From a virus (lineage: Duplodnaviria; Caudoviricetes), in the IMG/VR virus record IMGVR_UViG_3300037183_000082, positions 1 through 64,000 of that record: a stretch of DNA of 64,000 nucleotides. One strand, 5' to 3'. Within the stretch, counting starts at the first letter, position 1. Each line of letters starts with the position of its first letter. Below the pieces are notes generated by a model. The model had not been told where the DNA came from, did no database searches, and worked only from the letters and a program-made list of their open reading frames with translations. Both the position numbers and the translations under genes were made by a program. Below are positions 9,649 to 18,545 of the stretch, piece by piece.

Positions 9649-11591
9649 CGTCCGCGCTTTCTGAGGAGCAACCAAGCCCCCGTGGCGATCGATCCTGCCA
9701 CAGCTGTCCAGCCAACCCACGCCAAAGACTTGGTGGGCGCAGGCGCGGCCACCTTCTTTGCAACTGCAGGTGCCGCGGGCTTCGCCGCAGGCTTCACCAA
9801 ACGCTGGATCAAATTCGCAGCCGTCACATCGATCAGCATTTTCGGTTTCGGCGTCGCAGCCTTCACGGCACGCACGATGTTCTTGAACGCAGCGCCGTAG
9901 CGCGCGTACACCGTGTTCGTGCTTCCGTGCGTCGGCGATAGAAACGCCATGTCGGAAGTGAACTTGCCGCCCGGATCGGCAGGGATACCACCCGAGCGTA
10001 GGAACGCACCTGCAGGCATCTCGTAGAAGATTTCGAGCGGGTGTGCGGTGTGCTTCGCCGTGGCCTGGATGCTGTCGTAGGCGTTCTTGAGGTTGGCGGC
10101 GGCGGATGCGTAGTTCTCGTACACGAGATCGATGAGCGCGCCCAGCTCGCTCAGCGCAGGCGCCAACCCAACCGTCCAGGTTGCGAGCGTGTTCGACTTT
10201 TTGATCTTGTGGATCTCGTCATGGGCAAGCGGCATCATCATGTTGCCGGTGTCGGAGTTGGGGTGTCCTGCCGACATGAGATCGAGCCAGTCGGCCTGGA
10301 ACGCCTGCAGAAGCTCGACGTAGTCGATCGCCTGAAACCACGCCCCCCACGCGCGGTACTCGCCGCTCGACCATGACAGCGCGAACGCAAGGCTCGTCGC
10401 TGCAGCACGTTGCAGATCGGGCAGCGTCGGAATGAAGCGAAAGCCCGCCGGACAGCGGAAGCGGCCATCGCCATCTGGGTCAAACGGCGAGCCGTAGTTG
10501 AAAACACCTCGCGACGAGTCGACGACAGCCTTGTGGCCGGCTGTGCTGTCGCCGAGCGCATCAAAGCGATACGCGAACGAAAGGAACGACCACCGCGATG
10601 CCATGAACGCGAGGAACGCATTCGGGTTCGTGAGCGGCGGGTCTGCGCTGCCCGCAGCCTTGTAAAGCGCAAGCCGCGCGGCTGTCGCTACGGGATCCTC
10701 GATGAGCTTGGCGTTCTGAAAGATGGCATCGGCATCCGTGAACGAGCGCGCGATGATGCCGAGCGGCTGGTTGTAGAGCGCCTTGAAGCCCACACCCTTC
10801 GACCACGGGATGTGCACCGTCTGGTAGTCGAGACTGTCTTGCCACCATCGCGACAGGCGCACCTCGGTCGGCGCATCGTTGATGAGCGGAAGCGACAGAA
10901 ACATCGGCGCGGCCATGGTCCCGCACCCAAGCACGAGCGGCCCGATGTTTGAGCTGCGCCAGAGCGCCCCGCCGCTGTCCCACGAAGCTTGCCAGTAGCC
11001 CGCTGCAGACATCGCTTTCTTGTCGGCTGCAGCGCAAGTGCGCTTTGTCTTTGGGTAGTACCCCGAAGCACCAGAGAACGGCACTGAACCCATGGCCGTC
11101 CCGAGCTTGCCCTTTGCCGCCGACACCTTGCCCATCGCAGTGTAGAAGCGCTTCATCGAAGGGCTGTTCAGGTACGAGCCGGGCGGCAGTCGAACACCCT
11201 TGTTGAGCGTCTGCGCAACCCAGGGCGGCTGCCCAAAAAACGCGCGACCCCAGAGGTAGTCGCTCACGTTGAACGCGAACAAACCCTCGCCGATCGTCGC
11301 CATGAGCATCAACGCCCAGTACATGCGCTCGTCGCTCGGCGCCGTCGCTTTCGGCTCGTTCGCAAGCATCGCCTGCACAAGATCTTGTTGGGCCACGAAC
11401 CACGCGACCGGGTAGAGCGCCTTGGTGATGATCGCATCGCCGTTCGGCAGATCGGGGTCGGGGATGTTGTCGTCGGCGCGCAACCCTGTGCGCAGAACAC
11501 CGCTGACAGGCTTCGCGTTGCCGGGGATCGTCACCCAGTGCTTGGTGGTTTCAAGGTACGCCGGCCAGACGGCCTTGAACCACGCGTACAC
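9645..11591 (-). CDS. large tail-anchored virion protein
   Basis: 648 aa ORF; Pro/Ala/Lys linker, then C-terminal TM plus RKRGR. Confidence 0.75.
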   Translation of the reverse strand: MYAWFKAVWPAYLETTKHWVTIPGNAKPVSGVLRTGLRADDNIPDPDLPNGDAIITKALYPVAWFVAQQDLVQAMLANEPKATAPSDERMYWALMLMATIGEGLFAFNVSDYLWGRAFFGQPPWVAQTLNKGVRLPPGSYLNSPSMKRFYTAMGKVSAAKGKLGTAMGSVPFSGASGYYPKTKRTCAAADKKAMSAAGYWQASWDSGGALWRSSNIGPLVLGCGTMAAPMFLSLPLINDAPTEVRLSRWWQDSLDYQTVHIPWSKGVGFKALYNQPLGIIARSFTDADAIFQNAKLIEDPVATAARLALYKAAGSADPPLTNPNAFLAFMASRWSFLSFAYRFDALGDSTAGHKAVVDSSRGVFNYGSPFDPDGDGRFRCPAGFRFIPTLPDLQRAAATSLAFALSWSSGEYRAWGAWFQAIDYVELLQAFQADWLDLMSAGHPNSDTGNMMMPLAHDEIHKIKKSNTLATWTVGLAPALSELGALIDLVYENYASAAANLKNAYDSIQATAKHTAHPLEIFYEMPAGAFLRSGGIPADPGGKFTSDMAFLSPTHGSTNTVYARYGAAFKNIVRAVKAATPKPKMLIDVTAANLIQRLVKPAAKPAAPAVAKKVAAPAPTKSLAWVGWTAVAGSIATGAWLLLRKRGR

Positions 11592-11594
11592 GGG

Positions 11595-12113
11595 TCACTT
11601 CCCTGCAGGCTTGCCGTAGCCCTGCATCACGGCCACGCCGGTCGTGATCAGCGGGAACATGAAGCCGAGCGCGGCCCAACCGATGGTCCAGCCCGTCGAG
11701 CCCTTGTTGCGACGCGCGCCGTGGATACCACCTGCGATGGCCCCGAGCAGCGAATAGCCGAACGAGCGTGCCACGTAGAATTGCGTGATCGCCGAGTCCG
11801 GGACAGCTACACCAGCTTCAGGCGCGAGCGCACCGAGGCCTAGCCCGTAGAGCGCGTAGACCGGCGAACCTGCGCTCGACATATTGTTGCTCAGCGTCTT
11901 GTCCGTGGGGCGCAAGAGGTTCTGCGGGTAGCCCGGCGTGCTCGGGGGCATCGGCAAGCGATTGATGAGCCACGGCGGCTCGGGCGCGCCGTAGTCGTAG
12001 CGCGAGTCTGGTCCACCGTAGCCGGGGTATCCGCCCGCACCGTCGTAGCCCTGCTCGCGCGCGACCTGAGCCGAGTCGATCGCGCCAAGGGCCATCACCT
12101 GAATCGCTGGCAT
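11595..12113 (-). CDS. membrane protein with Gly/Tyr/Pro-rich N-terminus
   Basis: Two C-terminal hydrophobic helices; LYGLGLG motif. Confidence 0.7.
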   Translation of the reverse strand: MPAIQVMALGAIDSAQVAREQGYDGAGGYPGYGGPDSRYDYGAPEPPWLINRLPMPPSTPGYPQNLLRPTDKTLSNNMSSAGSPVYALYGLGLGALAPEAGVAVPDSAITQFYVARSFGYSLLGAIAGGIHGARRNKGSTGWTIGWAALGFMFPLITTGVAVMQGYGKPAGK

Positions 12114-12116
12114 GGT

Positions 12117-12329
12117 TCAGTACCTCCCAATGAGGCCCTGCGTGGGCGCGGTTTCGGGTGTCTCGGGTTTGGTGGAGTACGCAAACCACGCCCACAATGC
12201 CAAAAAGCCACCGCCGCCTACCGCCATACCGCGGTATGGGCGATCGTAGTCGATGAGCGTCCCCGCAATGGCGCACGCACTGGCAAGAAAAGCGTTGGCG
12301 ATCAGCTTTCCAGAGACTGGTTTAGCCAC
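12117..12329 (-). CDS. small two-TM membrane protein
   Basis: Two hydrophobic segments; tightly packed in the operon. Confidence 0.6.
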   Translation of the reverse strand: MAKPVSGKLIANAFLASACAIAGTLIDYDRPYRGMAVGGGGFLALWAWFAYSTKPETPETAPTQGLIGRY

Positions 12330-12330
12330 G

Positions 12331-12891
12331 TCAGTACCTCCGAATCCGATAGACGTCAGGAAAGCGCGGGGGTGCGCCGCGTGGCAGCAAGTAGGTCATC
12401 TGCGACTCGCCGACCGGATCGGCTGCGATGCCGCGCGCGATGGCCATGAGGTCGGTGTTCGACTGCACGTCGGGCCTGTCGAGCACCCCGCGGCTCGTTG
12501 GCACAGGGTTCATGTCGAGGTACGAGTCGACAGACGGGATGTCGTTGTAGGCGTCGGCCGCCTGATCGATGGGATTGAGCGACGCGACCGCGGGCCCGAG
12601 CCCGGCATCACGCAGTGAGGCCAGCATGCGTCGAGCCCCGTCGCGCGCTTCGATCACGTTCACAGCACCCATGCCGAGAACCTGGGTGTTGTAGCCCGCG
12701 GGCGGCGTGCGCCATTTGTTGAAGCCCATCTTCTGGGGCATGTAGTGGTCGGCTTCGACCCGGACGTCGGCGCCGGCCTGATCGTCCTGGATGCCCTGCT
12801 GCACGACCCAGGGCGCAGCCGGATAGGCCTGGTTGCGCAAGAGGTTGAACGGCAGGTTGCGAACCCTCTTTGGCGGCATGAAGGACGGCAT
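12331..12891 (-). CDS. hypothetical virion protein
   Basis: 186 aa ORF; TAGACT -10-like box 7 nt upstream of the ATG. Confidence 0.65.
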   Translation of the reverse strand: MPSFMPPKRVRNLPFNLLRNQAYPAAPWVVQQGIQDDQAGADVRVEADHYMPQKMGFNKWRTPPAGYNTQVLGMGAVNVIEARDGARRMLASLRDAGLGPAVASLNPIDQAADAYNDIPSVDSYLDMNPVPTSRGVLDRPDVQSNTDLMAIARGIAADPVGESQMTYLLPRGAPPRFPDVYRIRRY

Positions 12892-12896
12892 GGCGT

Positions 12897-13100
12897 TCAG
12901 TCTACCTTGTCAGGGGTGCTTTTCGGCCCGGACAGTGCACGCACCGCGCGCAGCTCCCAGGCGCGCGCAAGGCCCATGTCGCCGCCGCTCGCCCAATCGA
13001 GCGGATTTGCAGACAGAAGCACCGCGCGCAGCTGCCTGCAGTACGCGATGAGGTCGTTTCGCCCCATCGCGGTGTAATCAGGTGCGCCAGGGTCGTTCAT
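12897..13100 (-). CDS. small hypothetical protein
   Basis: Start overlaps the upstream stop (TGATG). Confidence 0.5.
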   Translation of the reverse strand: MNDPGAPDYTAMGRNDLIAYCRQLRAVLLSANPLDWASGGDMGLARAWELRAVRALSGPKSTPDKVD

Positions 13101-13318
13101 CACCTGCGCCCCCATGCAAGCCAGCCCGTGAGCAGCCCAAGCCCTGCGGCGAGCGTGGCCGAGCCCACGACCCAGGTGCGCGTCTTGCGCCGCTGGTCGA
13201 GGAACATCAGGTAGCCCTCGCTCGCGGTGCCCGTGAACGCGGCGTACTCCGCGCTCTCCTCAGGTGTGAGTTGGGAGGGTGCGAGCGTGCCGAGCGAGAC
13301 CTGTCGAACTTGTGCCAT
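13100..13318 (-). CDS. small tail-anchored membrane protein
   Basis: C-terminal TM plus GRR; GGAG RBS. Confidence 0.6.
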   Translation of the reverse strand: MAQVRQVSLGTLAPSQLTPEESAEYAAFTGTASEGYLMFLDQRRKTRTWVVGSATLAAGLGLLTGWLAWGRR

Positions 13319-13319
13319 C

Positions 13320-13988
13320 TCAACGCCTCCAAATCTGGATACCGAGGTAGAGCGCCATGAGCGCAATCGCACCGCCGCCCACGTAGTAGAGCGTCTTTTT
13401 GCTGGAATCGCTCAGGCTCTGCAGCCCCGCGGAAGCGCCATCGACAACGCCTTGCGTCACGGACGAGAACAGCCCTGCGATCGCGTCGCCGAACGTCGCG
13501 GGCGTGCCCATGGGGCGCGCGGTGACAGGCAACGGCTTCACCGCGCAGTGGCCGACCACGAACGCCTCCCACTGAAGCGCTCGCGCATGGAACGCCTGCG
13601 CCCGACTCACATCGTCCTTGAGCCACGTGAACCAAATCGAAGGCCCGGCGCTGTAGAACGTCACCCAAGAGGTGCGAAACGCGTACCACAGCGTGAGGTC
13701 GCTCGCCGGAAAGCACGGCTTGCGCATCACACCCCCGATCAAGGTGTTGAGCGCGAGCATGTAGCTGTGAATGTTGGCGTAGTACGTTTCGAGGTTGCCC
13801 GGGCTCGGGTAAAAAGTGACGTTCGTGTCCGCGCTCGGCAGCGTGTTCACCACAGGCGGCGCACCCCCAGGCATCGGCGGAGGTGGAACGGGGGGCGTCG
13901 CAGGCGTGACCCCCAAACTGCGGCGTGTCGTGATCATCGCTTCGCTTTGGCTCGGGCGCGTTTGGCTTTTGCGCTTGGGTATTGGCAA
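13320..13988 (-). CDS. tail-anchored membrane protein
   Basis: 222 aa; C-terminal TM plus RR. Confidence 0.7.
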   Translation of the reverse strand: MPIPKRKSQTRPSQSEAMITTRRSLGVTPATPPVPPPPMPGGAPPVVNTLPSADTNVTFYPSPGNLETYYANIHSYMLALNTLIGGVMRKPCFPASDLTLWYAFRTSWVTFYSAGPSIWFTWLKDDVSRAQAFHARALQWEAFVVGHCAVKPLPVTARPMGTPATFGDAIAGLFSSVTQGVVDGASAGLQSLSDSSKKTLYYVGGGAIALMALYLGIQIWRR

Positions 13989-14107
13989 AGCAACTTGAGC
14001 GTGCCGCCGTGACGACGCCGCCCTTTAACTGCTTGCGAGCGTGTCGCATATATGTGCGACCTTGAACCTGACGCCAACCACCACCAACATCGCTGGTTTG
14101 ACATGGC

Positions 14108-14512
14108 TCAACGCCTCTTGCGGAATAGAAGCCAGCCTGCGACGAGGCCGAGCACTGCACCGCCACCACCGAAATACCACTTCGTGTAGTCGACAGGTGC
14201 TGCGGGATCGGTCGCACCAAGGCGCCCGACCTCGTTGTGGTAGGGCAACAGGTTGTAGCCCGAGCCGAGACCACGCACCGGCGCAATGCTCTGTGCTGCA
14301 GGATGCAGCGTCGCCTGACACTGAAGCAGCGCACGGTGGTAGACCGTCGCAACATTCATTTCACTTGCAAGGCGTGCCCTACAAGTGGCCAAAGAATCTG
14401 CGCACGAAGTTGCACCGAGACCGCGCAGGCCGTGCAGCACGTCGTAGGAGGTGTAGATGTTGCCGATCTCGGAGCGTGGCGGCATGAGGGGGAAGGGACG
14501 CATGTTCAGCAC
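14108..14512 (-). CDS. tail-anchored membrane protein
   Basis: LRGLG, VRGLG and RLGATDP motifs; C-terminal TM plus RKRR. Confidence 0.7.
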   Translation of the reverse strand: MLNMRPFPLMPPRSEIGNIYTSYDVLHGLRGLGATSCADSLATCRARLASEMNVATVYHRALLQCQATLHPAAQSIAPVRGLGSGYNLLPYHNEVGRLGATDPAAPVDYTKWYFGGGGAVLGLVAGWLLFRKRR

Positions 14513-14515
14513 CTT

Positions 14516-15154
14516 TCAAACGAGCATGTAGTCGCGGAACTTCGCGATCTGGTCGAACTGCCAGCCGGGCACAGCGCCCGTGACGGTGATGTCGAGCGGG
14601 AGCCACCACACAGGGGCCGCCTTGGGCAGCCCTACGAGCGGATAGATGTGCACCCACTCGCCGGGATTTTCCTGCGTGGAGATCACGCGCGCTGCGATGT
14701 GGAAACCGAGCGCGCCGAGGAGCGCGGCGAACGCGATTGCAGCGTCGTCACAGTCCCCGCCGCCTGCCTGCAGCGTGGCCTTGAGCGTCGCAAAGGTGTC
14801 CACGTTCGTGATGTCGTAGACATACCTCACGTTCTCGACGAGGAAGTTCCAGATCTTGCCGATCTCGCACTCGTCATTGCGCGGCGGACAGGGCTGCATG
14901 CCGTTGTCCGGGGGATGGAAGTAGTCGCCCCACGCTTCGATGCGGGGCATGTCCATGCCGTTCACGCGCAGGAACGTCGTCTTGTCGGAGACGATCTTGA
15001 CGGCGAGCTGGCGCGACTCAGGGTCCCGCAAGGACTTCTGCACCTGCTGCTGGATGATCCCCACGTGCTCGTCGAGGTTTTTCGTCGCGTAGAAGCGCAC
15101 CGGCGTGCTGTTCACAGCGGCGGTAGCGGCAGACGCTTGGGCGGGACGGGCCAT
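14516..15154 (-). CDS. transglutaminase-like (papain-fold) cysteine protease/transferase
   Basis: Cys-His-Asp triad motifs GDCDD, WVHIY, PLDIT; VRYVYD upstream. Confidence 0.8.
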   Translation of the reverse strand: MARPAQASAATAAVNSTPVRFYATKNLDEHVGIIQQQVQKSLRDPESRQLAVKIVSDKTTFLRVNGMDMPRIEAWGDYFHPPDNGMQPCPPRNDECEIGKIWNFLVENVRYVYDITNVDTFATLKATLQAGGGDCDDAAIAFAALLGALGFHIAARVISTQENPGEWVHIYPLVGLPKAAPVWWLPLDITVTGAVPGWQFDQIAKFRDYMLV

Positions 15155-15161
15155 GCGAAAA

Positions 15162-15171
15162 ATCGTATCAC
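15162..15171 (-). promoter_or_regulatory. extended -10 promoter GTGATACGAT, leaderless
   Basis: TGnTAnnnT 7 nt upstream of the ATG at 15154; recurs at 41905, 53814, 54170 and 55644. Confidence 0.65.
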
Positions 15172-15239
15172 GGGCCCTTGGCGCCCCCGGCGGTTTCGTG
15201 TACCAAGGGGGCTCAGGTCGCGCGGCAACGTGCGGCCTT

Positions 15240-15281
15240 CCGCAAACGACGCGAAAGCGACGTAGGGGAGCGCCGACGGCC
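15240..15281 (+). repeat. copy 1 of a ~40 bp repeat CCGCAAACGAC..GCGACGTAGGGGAGCGCCGACG
   Basis: Direct copy at 16990-17028, inverted copy at 17222-17262. Confidence 0.85.
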
Positions 15282-15306
15282 TAGCCATCGACGCCACCTC
15301 TCTAAT

Positions 15307-16665
15307 TCAGTTGGGTCGTCTGCGCGCTTCGGAGTAGTCCGCGACCGCTTGGAGCTGGTCGACTACATGCTGCGGCGCAAACTCTTTGGCCCAGTAGCGC
15401 ATCGAAGGGCGCCCAGGCTTGCCGATGTTGTCCGCCATGCCGAAGATGAGCTGTCGATCTTCGAGCGTGGAGATCACCTCGGTCATCTCACGCTCGGTCG
15501 TGGCGACGCGCCCCGTGCGCGGCGCGTAGAGACCTGCGCGCTTCACACCCACAGCCCCGGCATGCCGAAGGGCACGCATCGCGCGTTCGAGCCGCAGGTC
15601 GGTCTCGCTGCCACCTATCGCAAGGCCTGCAAGACGGCTGACAACGTCGCACGATTCGAGCGCTAGGTTCGAGGCCGCTTGCGCGTCGGCTTCCGTGATC
15701 TTGAGGCTCCCGCGCGTGGTGGCGTAGAGCGCTGCGATCACGTGCGCTTTCCACTCGGCGCGCGCCATCACGGTGCGCTGGGCCAGCTCTGCCTCGTCGA
15801 ACTTCTGCCCAAGCGCTTCGGTGAAGTTGTCGAAGGCGAGGTTTGCGCTGTCCTCGACCGTGATCATGTTCGTGCCCCGACCGGCCCAGAGGTCGAGCGC
15901 GTTGAGCCACTGTCGCATTTCCATCACGAGCACCGCCCAGCGCTCGGGCGGGATGCGCAGAAAGCGCTTTCGGAGTGGCACGATGCTTTTCACCTCGGCG
16001 GCCTGCAAAAGCAGCATGCGCGCGAGAAAACCCGTGTTCGCCATGTCATTCGTGAAGGTGCGCTCCAACGCCTCGGCCACCGTCAAAAACACCCCCGTGA
16101 GCCGCGGAGAGCGCACCTCCTGCAGGTTCGAGCCTGCCTCGCTGCGCTGTCCCTTCATCGACTTCGTGTAGGTGCCGCCACTGAAGATCGTGTTGAAAAA
16201 CTGCGGCAGGGTGACGTTGTGGCGGTTGCTCGCAATACCGACGAGCACGCTCGAAAACTCGTCGGAATGCAGCACGCCCACGGTCTCGTCGCGGTTCTTG
16301 TCGTAGACCCGGCCCAGGTTCTCGATCATGCCGGCGACAGTGCCCTCTGCCGAGACGATCGCAGGGTGCGGATGGCCCGTCACTTCCTCGTAGAGCCCGA
16401 GCAGCTGTTGCCACGCAGTGCTCTTGCCTAGCCCACTTTGGGCAACGACCACAGACGCGATACTGAGCGCGCGGGGCTTCTCCCCGACGGCTTGCAAGTC
16501 GAGTCGATAGCCCCTCCGATTCAGCTCGTACAATGCAAGCGGAATCATCAGACCGATGTTGATGACCGCGTCCCCCCCGGGCGCGTACTCCTGCATGAGG
16601 TCAATGTAGGTGTGAATGAACCCTTCCTGTGGAATGCACAGGTGCAGGTTGTTCGGTAACTCCAT
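15307..16665 (-). CDS. DUF3987/YfjI-like P-loop NTPase, putative replicative helicase
   Basis: Walker A AQSGLGKST, GTVAG motif, Walker B VLHSDEF, FLARML motif, winged-helix-like C-terminus. Confidence 0.7.
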   Translation of the reverse strand: MELPNNLHLCIPQEGFIHTYIDLMQEYAPGGDAVINIGLMIPLALYELNRRGYRLDLQAVGEKPRALSIASVVVAQSGLGKSTAWQQLLGLYEEVTGHPHPAIVSAEGTVAGMIENLGRVYDKNRDETVGVLHSDEFSSVLVGIASNRHNVTLPQFFNTIFSGGTYTKSMKGQRSEAGSNLQEVRSPRLTGVFLTVAEALERTFTNDMANTGFLARMLLLQAAEVKSIVPLRKRFLRIPPERWAVLVMEMRQWLNALDLWAGRGTNMITVEDSANLAFDNFTEALGQKFDEAELAQRTVMARAEWKAHVIAALYATTRGSLKITEADAQAASNLALESCDVVSRLAGLAIGGSETDLRLERAMRALRHAGAVGVKRAGLYAPRTGRVATTEREMTEVISTLEDRQLIFGMADNIGKPGRPSMRYWAKEFAPQHVVDQLQAVADYSEARRRPN

Positions 16666-16989
16666 GATCGCACTGTCCTTTCACCGCTGCGATCATCCCC
16701 CCGGCCACGCCGCACGGACTCCAGTTGACGCAAATCGCCTCTATTGATAGGTTCCAGGCGTTGCACATACGTCGCTCCCCCCCGAGAGTTGTGCGTGCGA
16801 GTGGTGGCGGGATGCAGAGACCCCAGATTCTGAGCGGAATCTGGGGTCTCCTTTTGCGCAACCAATCAGTGGACCCTTGTAGCCTTTCGCCGCACGTCGG
16901 GGCAAGAGGCTGCCTGAGTCGCCGCATACCTTTGCAGGCAAGACCACTTGCGCAAGACTGCGGGCCCTCCGGGCCTTGCTTGTGGATCT

Positions 16990-17262
16990 CCGCAAACGAC
17001 CTTGCGACGTAGGGGAGCGCCGACGGCCCAGCACACCGAGCCCCGCTCTCTAGGGGGGCTCGACAGGCAAGGGAGCGCGAGACCCGACTCGCCAAGGGCT
17101 CGCCGTCGCGCTCCGCAAGGCCAAGGAAGGCCGTTCCAGCCAACATGGCTACCACCCTAGCGGTTTTCGCTCTCGGCCCTGGAAGGCCCCTTCTAGAGAG
17201 CGGGGCGGCCGTTGGCAGGTTCGTCGGCGCTCCCCTACGTCGCCTTTCAGCGTCGTTTGCGG
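16990..17262. repeat. nested inverted repeats (large imperfect palindrome)
   Basis: Outer arms 16990-17028 / 17222-17262; inner arms CCCCGCTCTCTAG 17041-17053 / CTAGAGAGCGGGG 17193-17205. Confidence 0.8.
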
Positions 17263-17323
17263 AGAAAAGTGACCAAAAAAGGCCGAAGGCCCCCGAAATC
17301 TGGCTCAGGTTAGGTCGATTCAG

Positions 17324-17558
17324 GGGTTTAGTTTATTGGGTCCCTACGTAATTACCAATACGTGCGCAAGTGCGCTTGCATGTACGGGCGATCGCGCCCC
17401 TTCGCGCACTCGTCAGAAGTAATGAAATAAAATAACTCAAAAAAACTTCTATGTCATGCGAGGCTTTGATACACACGTATCACACAAAGCGTGAAGTTCT
17501 TGCCACACCCGAGCACGAATTTGGATGTTTTGTAGGGACCCCCTAATAAACTAAACCC
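17324..17558. other. putative replication origin: AT-rich core between inverted repeats
   Basis: GGGTTTAGTTTATTGGGTCCCTAC (17324-17347) and its near-complement (17532-17558) flank AATGAAATAAAATAACTCAAAAAAACTT. Confidence 0.55.
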
Positions 17559-17619
17559 TAAAACTCGGCGAATCTTTTGCGTTGGCATGTACCGTGCAAG
17601 TAAGACGCCAGTAGCCAGC

Positions 17620-18033
17620 TCACTTGTGGTGTATCCGTTCTACAACGGCTAGCTTGCCAACTTGTCCCACTTGCAAAATGGCGTTGTCAGATTGTCGCAG
17701 CACGTTTGGCAGCTCCGCAGGTAGCGGTTTCATCCCCAAACGGTGTAGCTGGACCACGATCGCTGTGATGCGCCGCTGGTAGACGAGGGACGCCTCCTGC
17801 AGCTCCTCGGAGACCTCCGCCCAGGCCCACGCCCGTCCAAGGGCGAACGCGACCTGCAGAGGGCTCTTGCTGCCCCCTGCGGCCTCGTGCACCGCCCCCT
17901 CGAACATCCGAACCGCGAAGCCTGGGGAGAACGCCGGCACGACTGGCTCAGGTGGTGGGGGTGGCGCCGCAGCCCGAGCGCGGAGGGTGGGTGGCTTGCG
18001 CCGTGCGGCGGGCTTGCGGGTCTGTGTGCTCAT
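17620..18033 (-). CDS. hypothetical protein, possible regulator
   Basis: 137 aa ORF with a basic/Pro-rich N-terminus, divergent from the replication operon. Confidence 0.55.
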   Translation of the reverse strand: MSTQTRKPAARRKPPTLRARAAAPPPPPEPVVPAFSPGFAVRMFEGAVHEAAGGSKSPLQVAFALGRAWAWAEVSEELQEASLVYQRRITAIVVQLHRLGMKPLPAELPNVLRQSDNAILQVGQVGKLAVVERIHHK

Positions 18034-18545
18034 AGCAACACGGTGCCGTTTTGTTCTTGCCCAGACAAGACAGACCTGTCTAGATTCCGGTCTGCAACCT
18101 GACAGATCTGTCAGGTTAGGGTGGCTTTGATGGACGGAGGGTGTCTACCCGCCGCTGTAGCTCTGGCTCGACCAGAGCGTCCTAGCGGGCTGGGTGGTGC
18201 CTCCCTGCGAGGGGGTCGGGGTGGTGAAGCTCGTGGTGCGTGCGTCTCGTTCTGCTGACGCTGGAAGGGCCCACCCGCCTGGACGGTGCCAGTCGAATCT
18301 CGTGCGCACGTCCCGCGAGTGGAAGCGCCCCGATTTGGTGCTGCCTGCGAAAGCGGTCGCGGTGGGCACCTTCGGTCCATTTAGGCTGGTGTGCGGAAGC
18401 GTGCGGTTTGCGATCACGATGGAAACGATCGGGTATCGGTTCGGGGGGCGAACCGTGTCGGGCCTGCGTCGCAACGGCGAAGTGACGGCAATGGCTTGAA
18501 AGTGCGCTGAATCATGCCGACATTGGCATGTCTGAGGGGGCAAGT

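Noticed and set aside
13207-15265. ORFs 13207..14355(-), 13227..14012(+) and 14237..15265(+)
   Set aside because: They overlap better-supported genes in other frames and have no motifs.
15307-16665. Packaging ATPase (A32/FtsK-HerA)
   Set aside because: The motif spacing and C-terminal region fit DUF3987-type helicases, and the gene lies next to the origin-like repeats; a structural search is needed to exclude it fully.
16963-16976. Fourth copy of the promoter/leader element (GGCCCTCCGGGCCT)
   Set aside because: Only the palindrome matches; the TTGAC box and the downstream CCCCACCCCCGGAC block are missing.
16601-17155. Primase domain upstream of the DUF3987 gene
   Set aside because: The ORF crosses the palindromic repeats and shows no AEP or TOPRIM motifs; no primase was recognised in the window.
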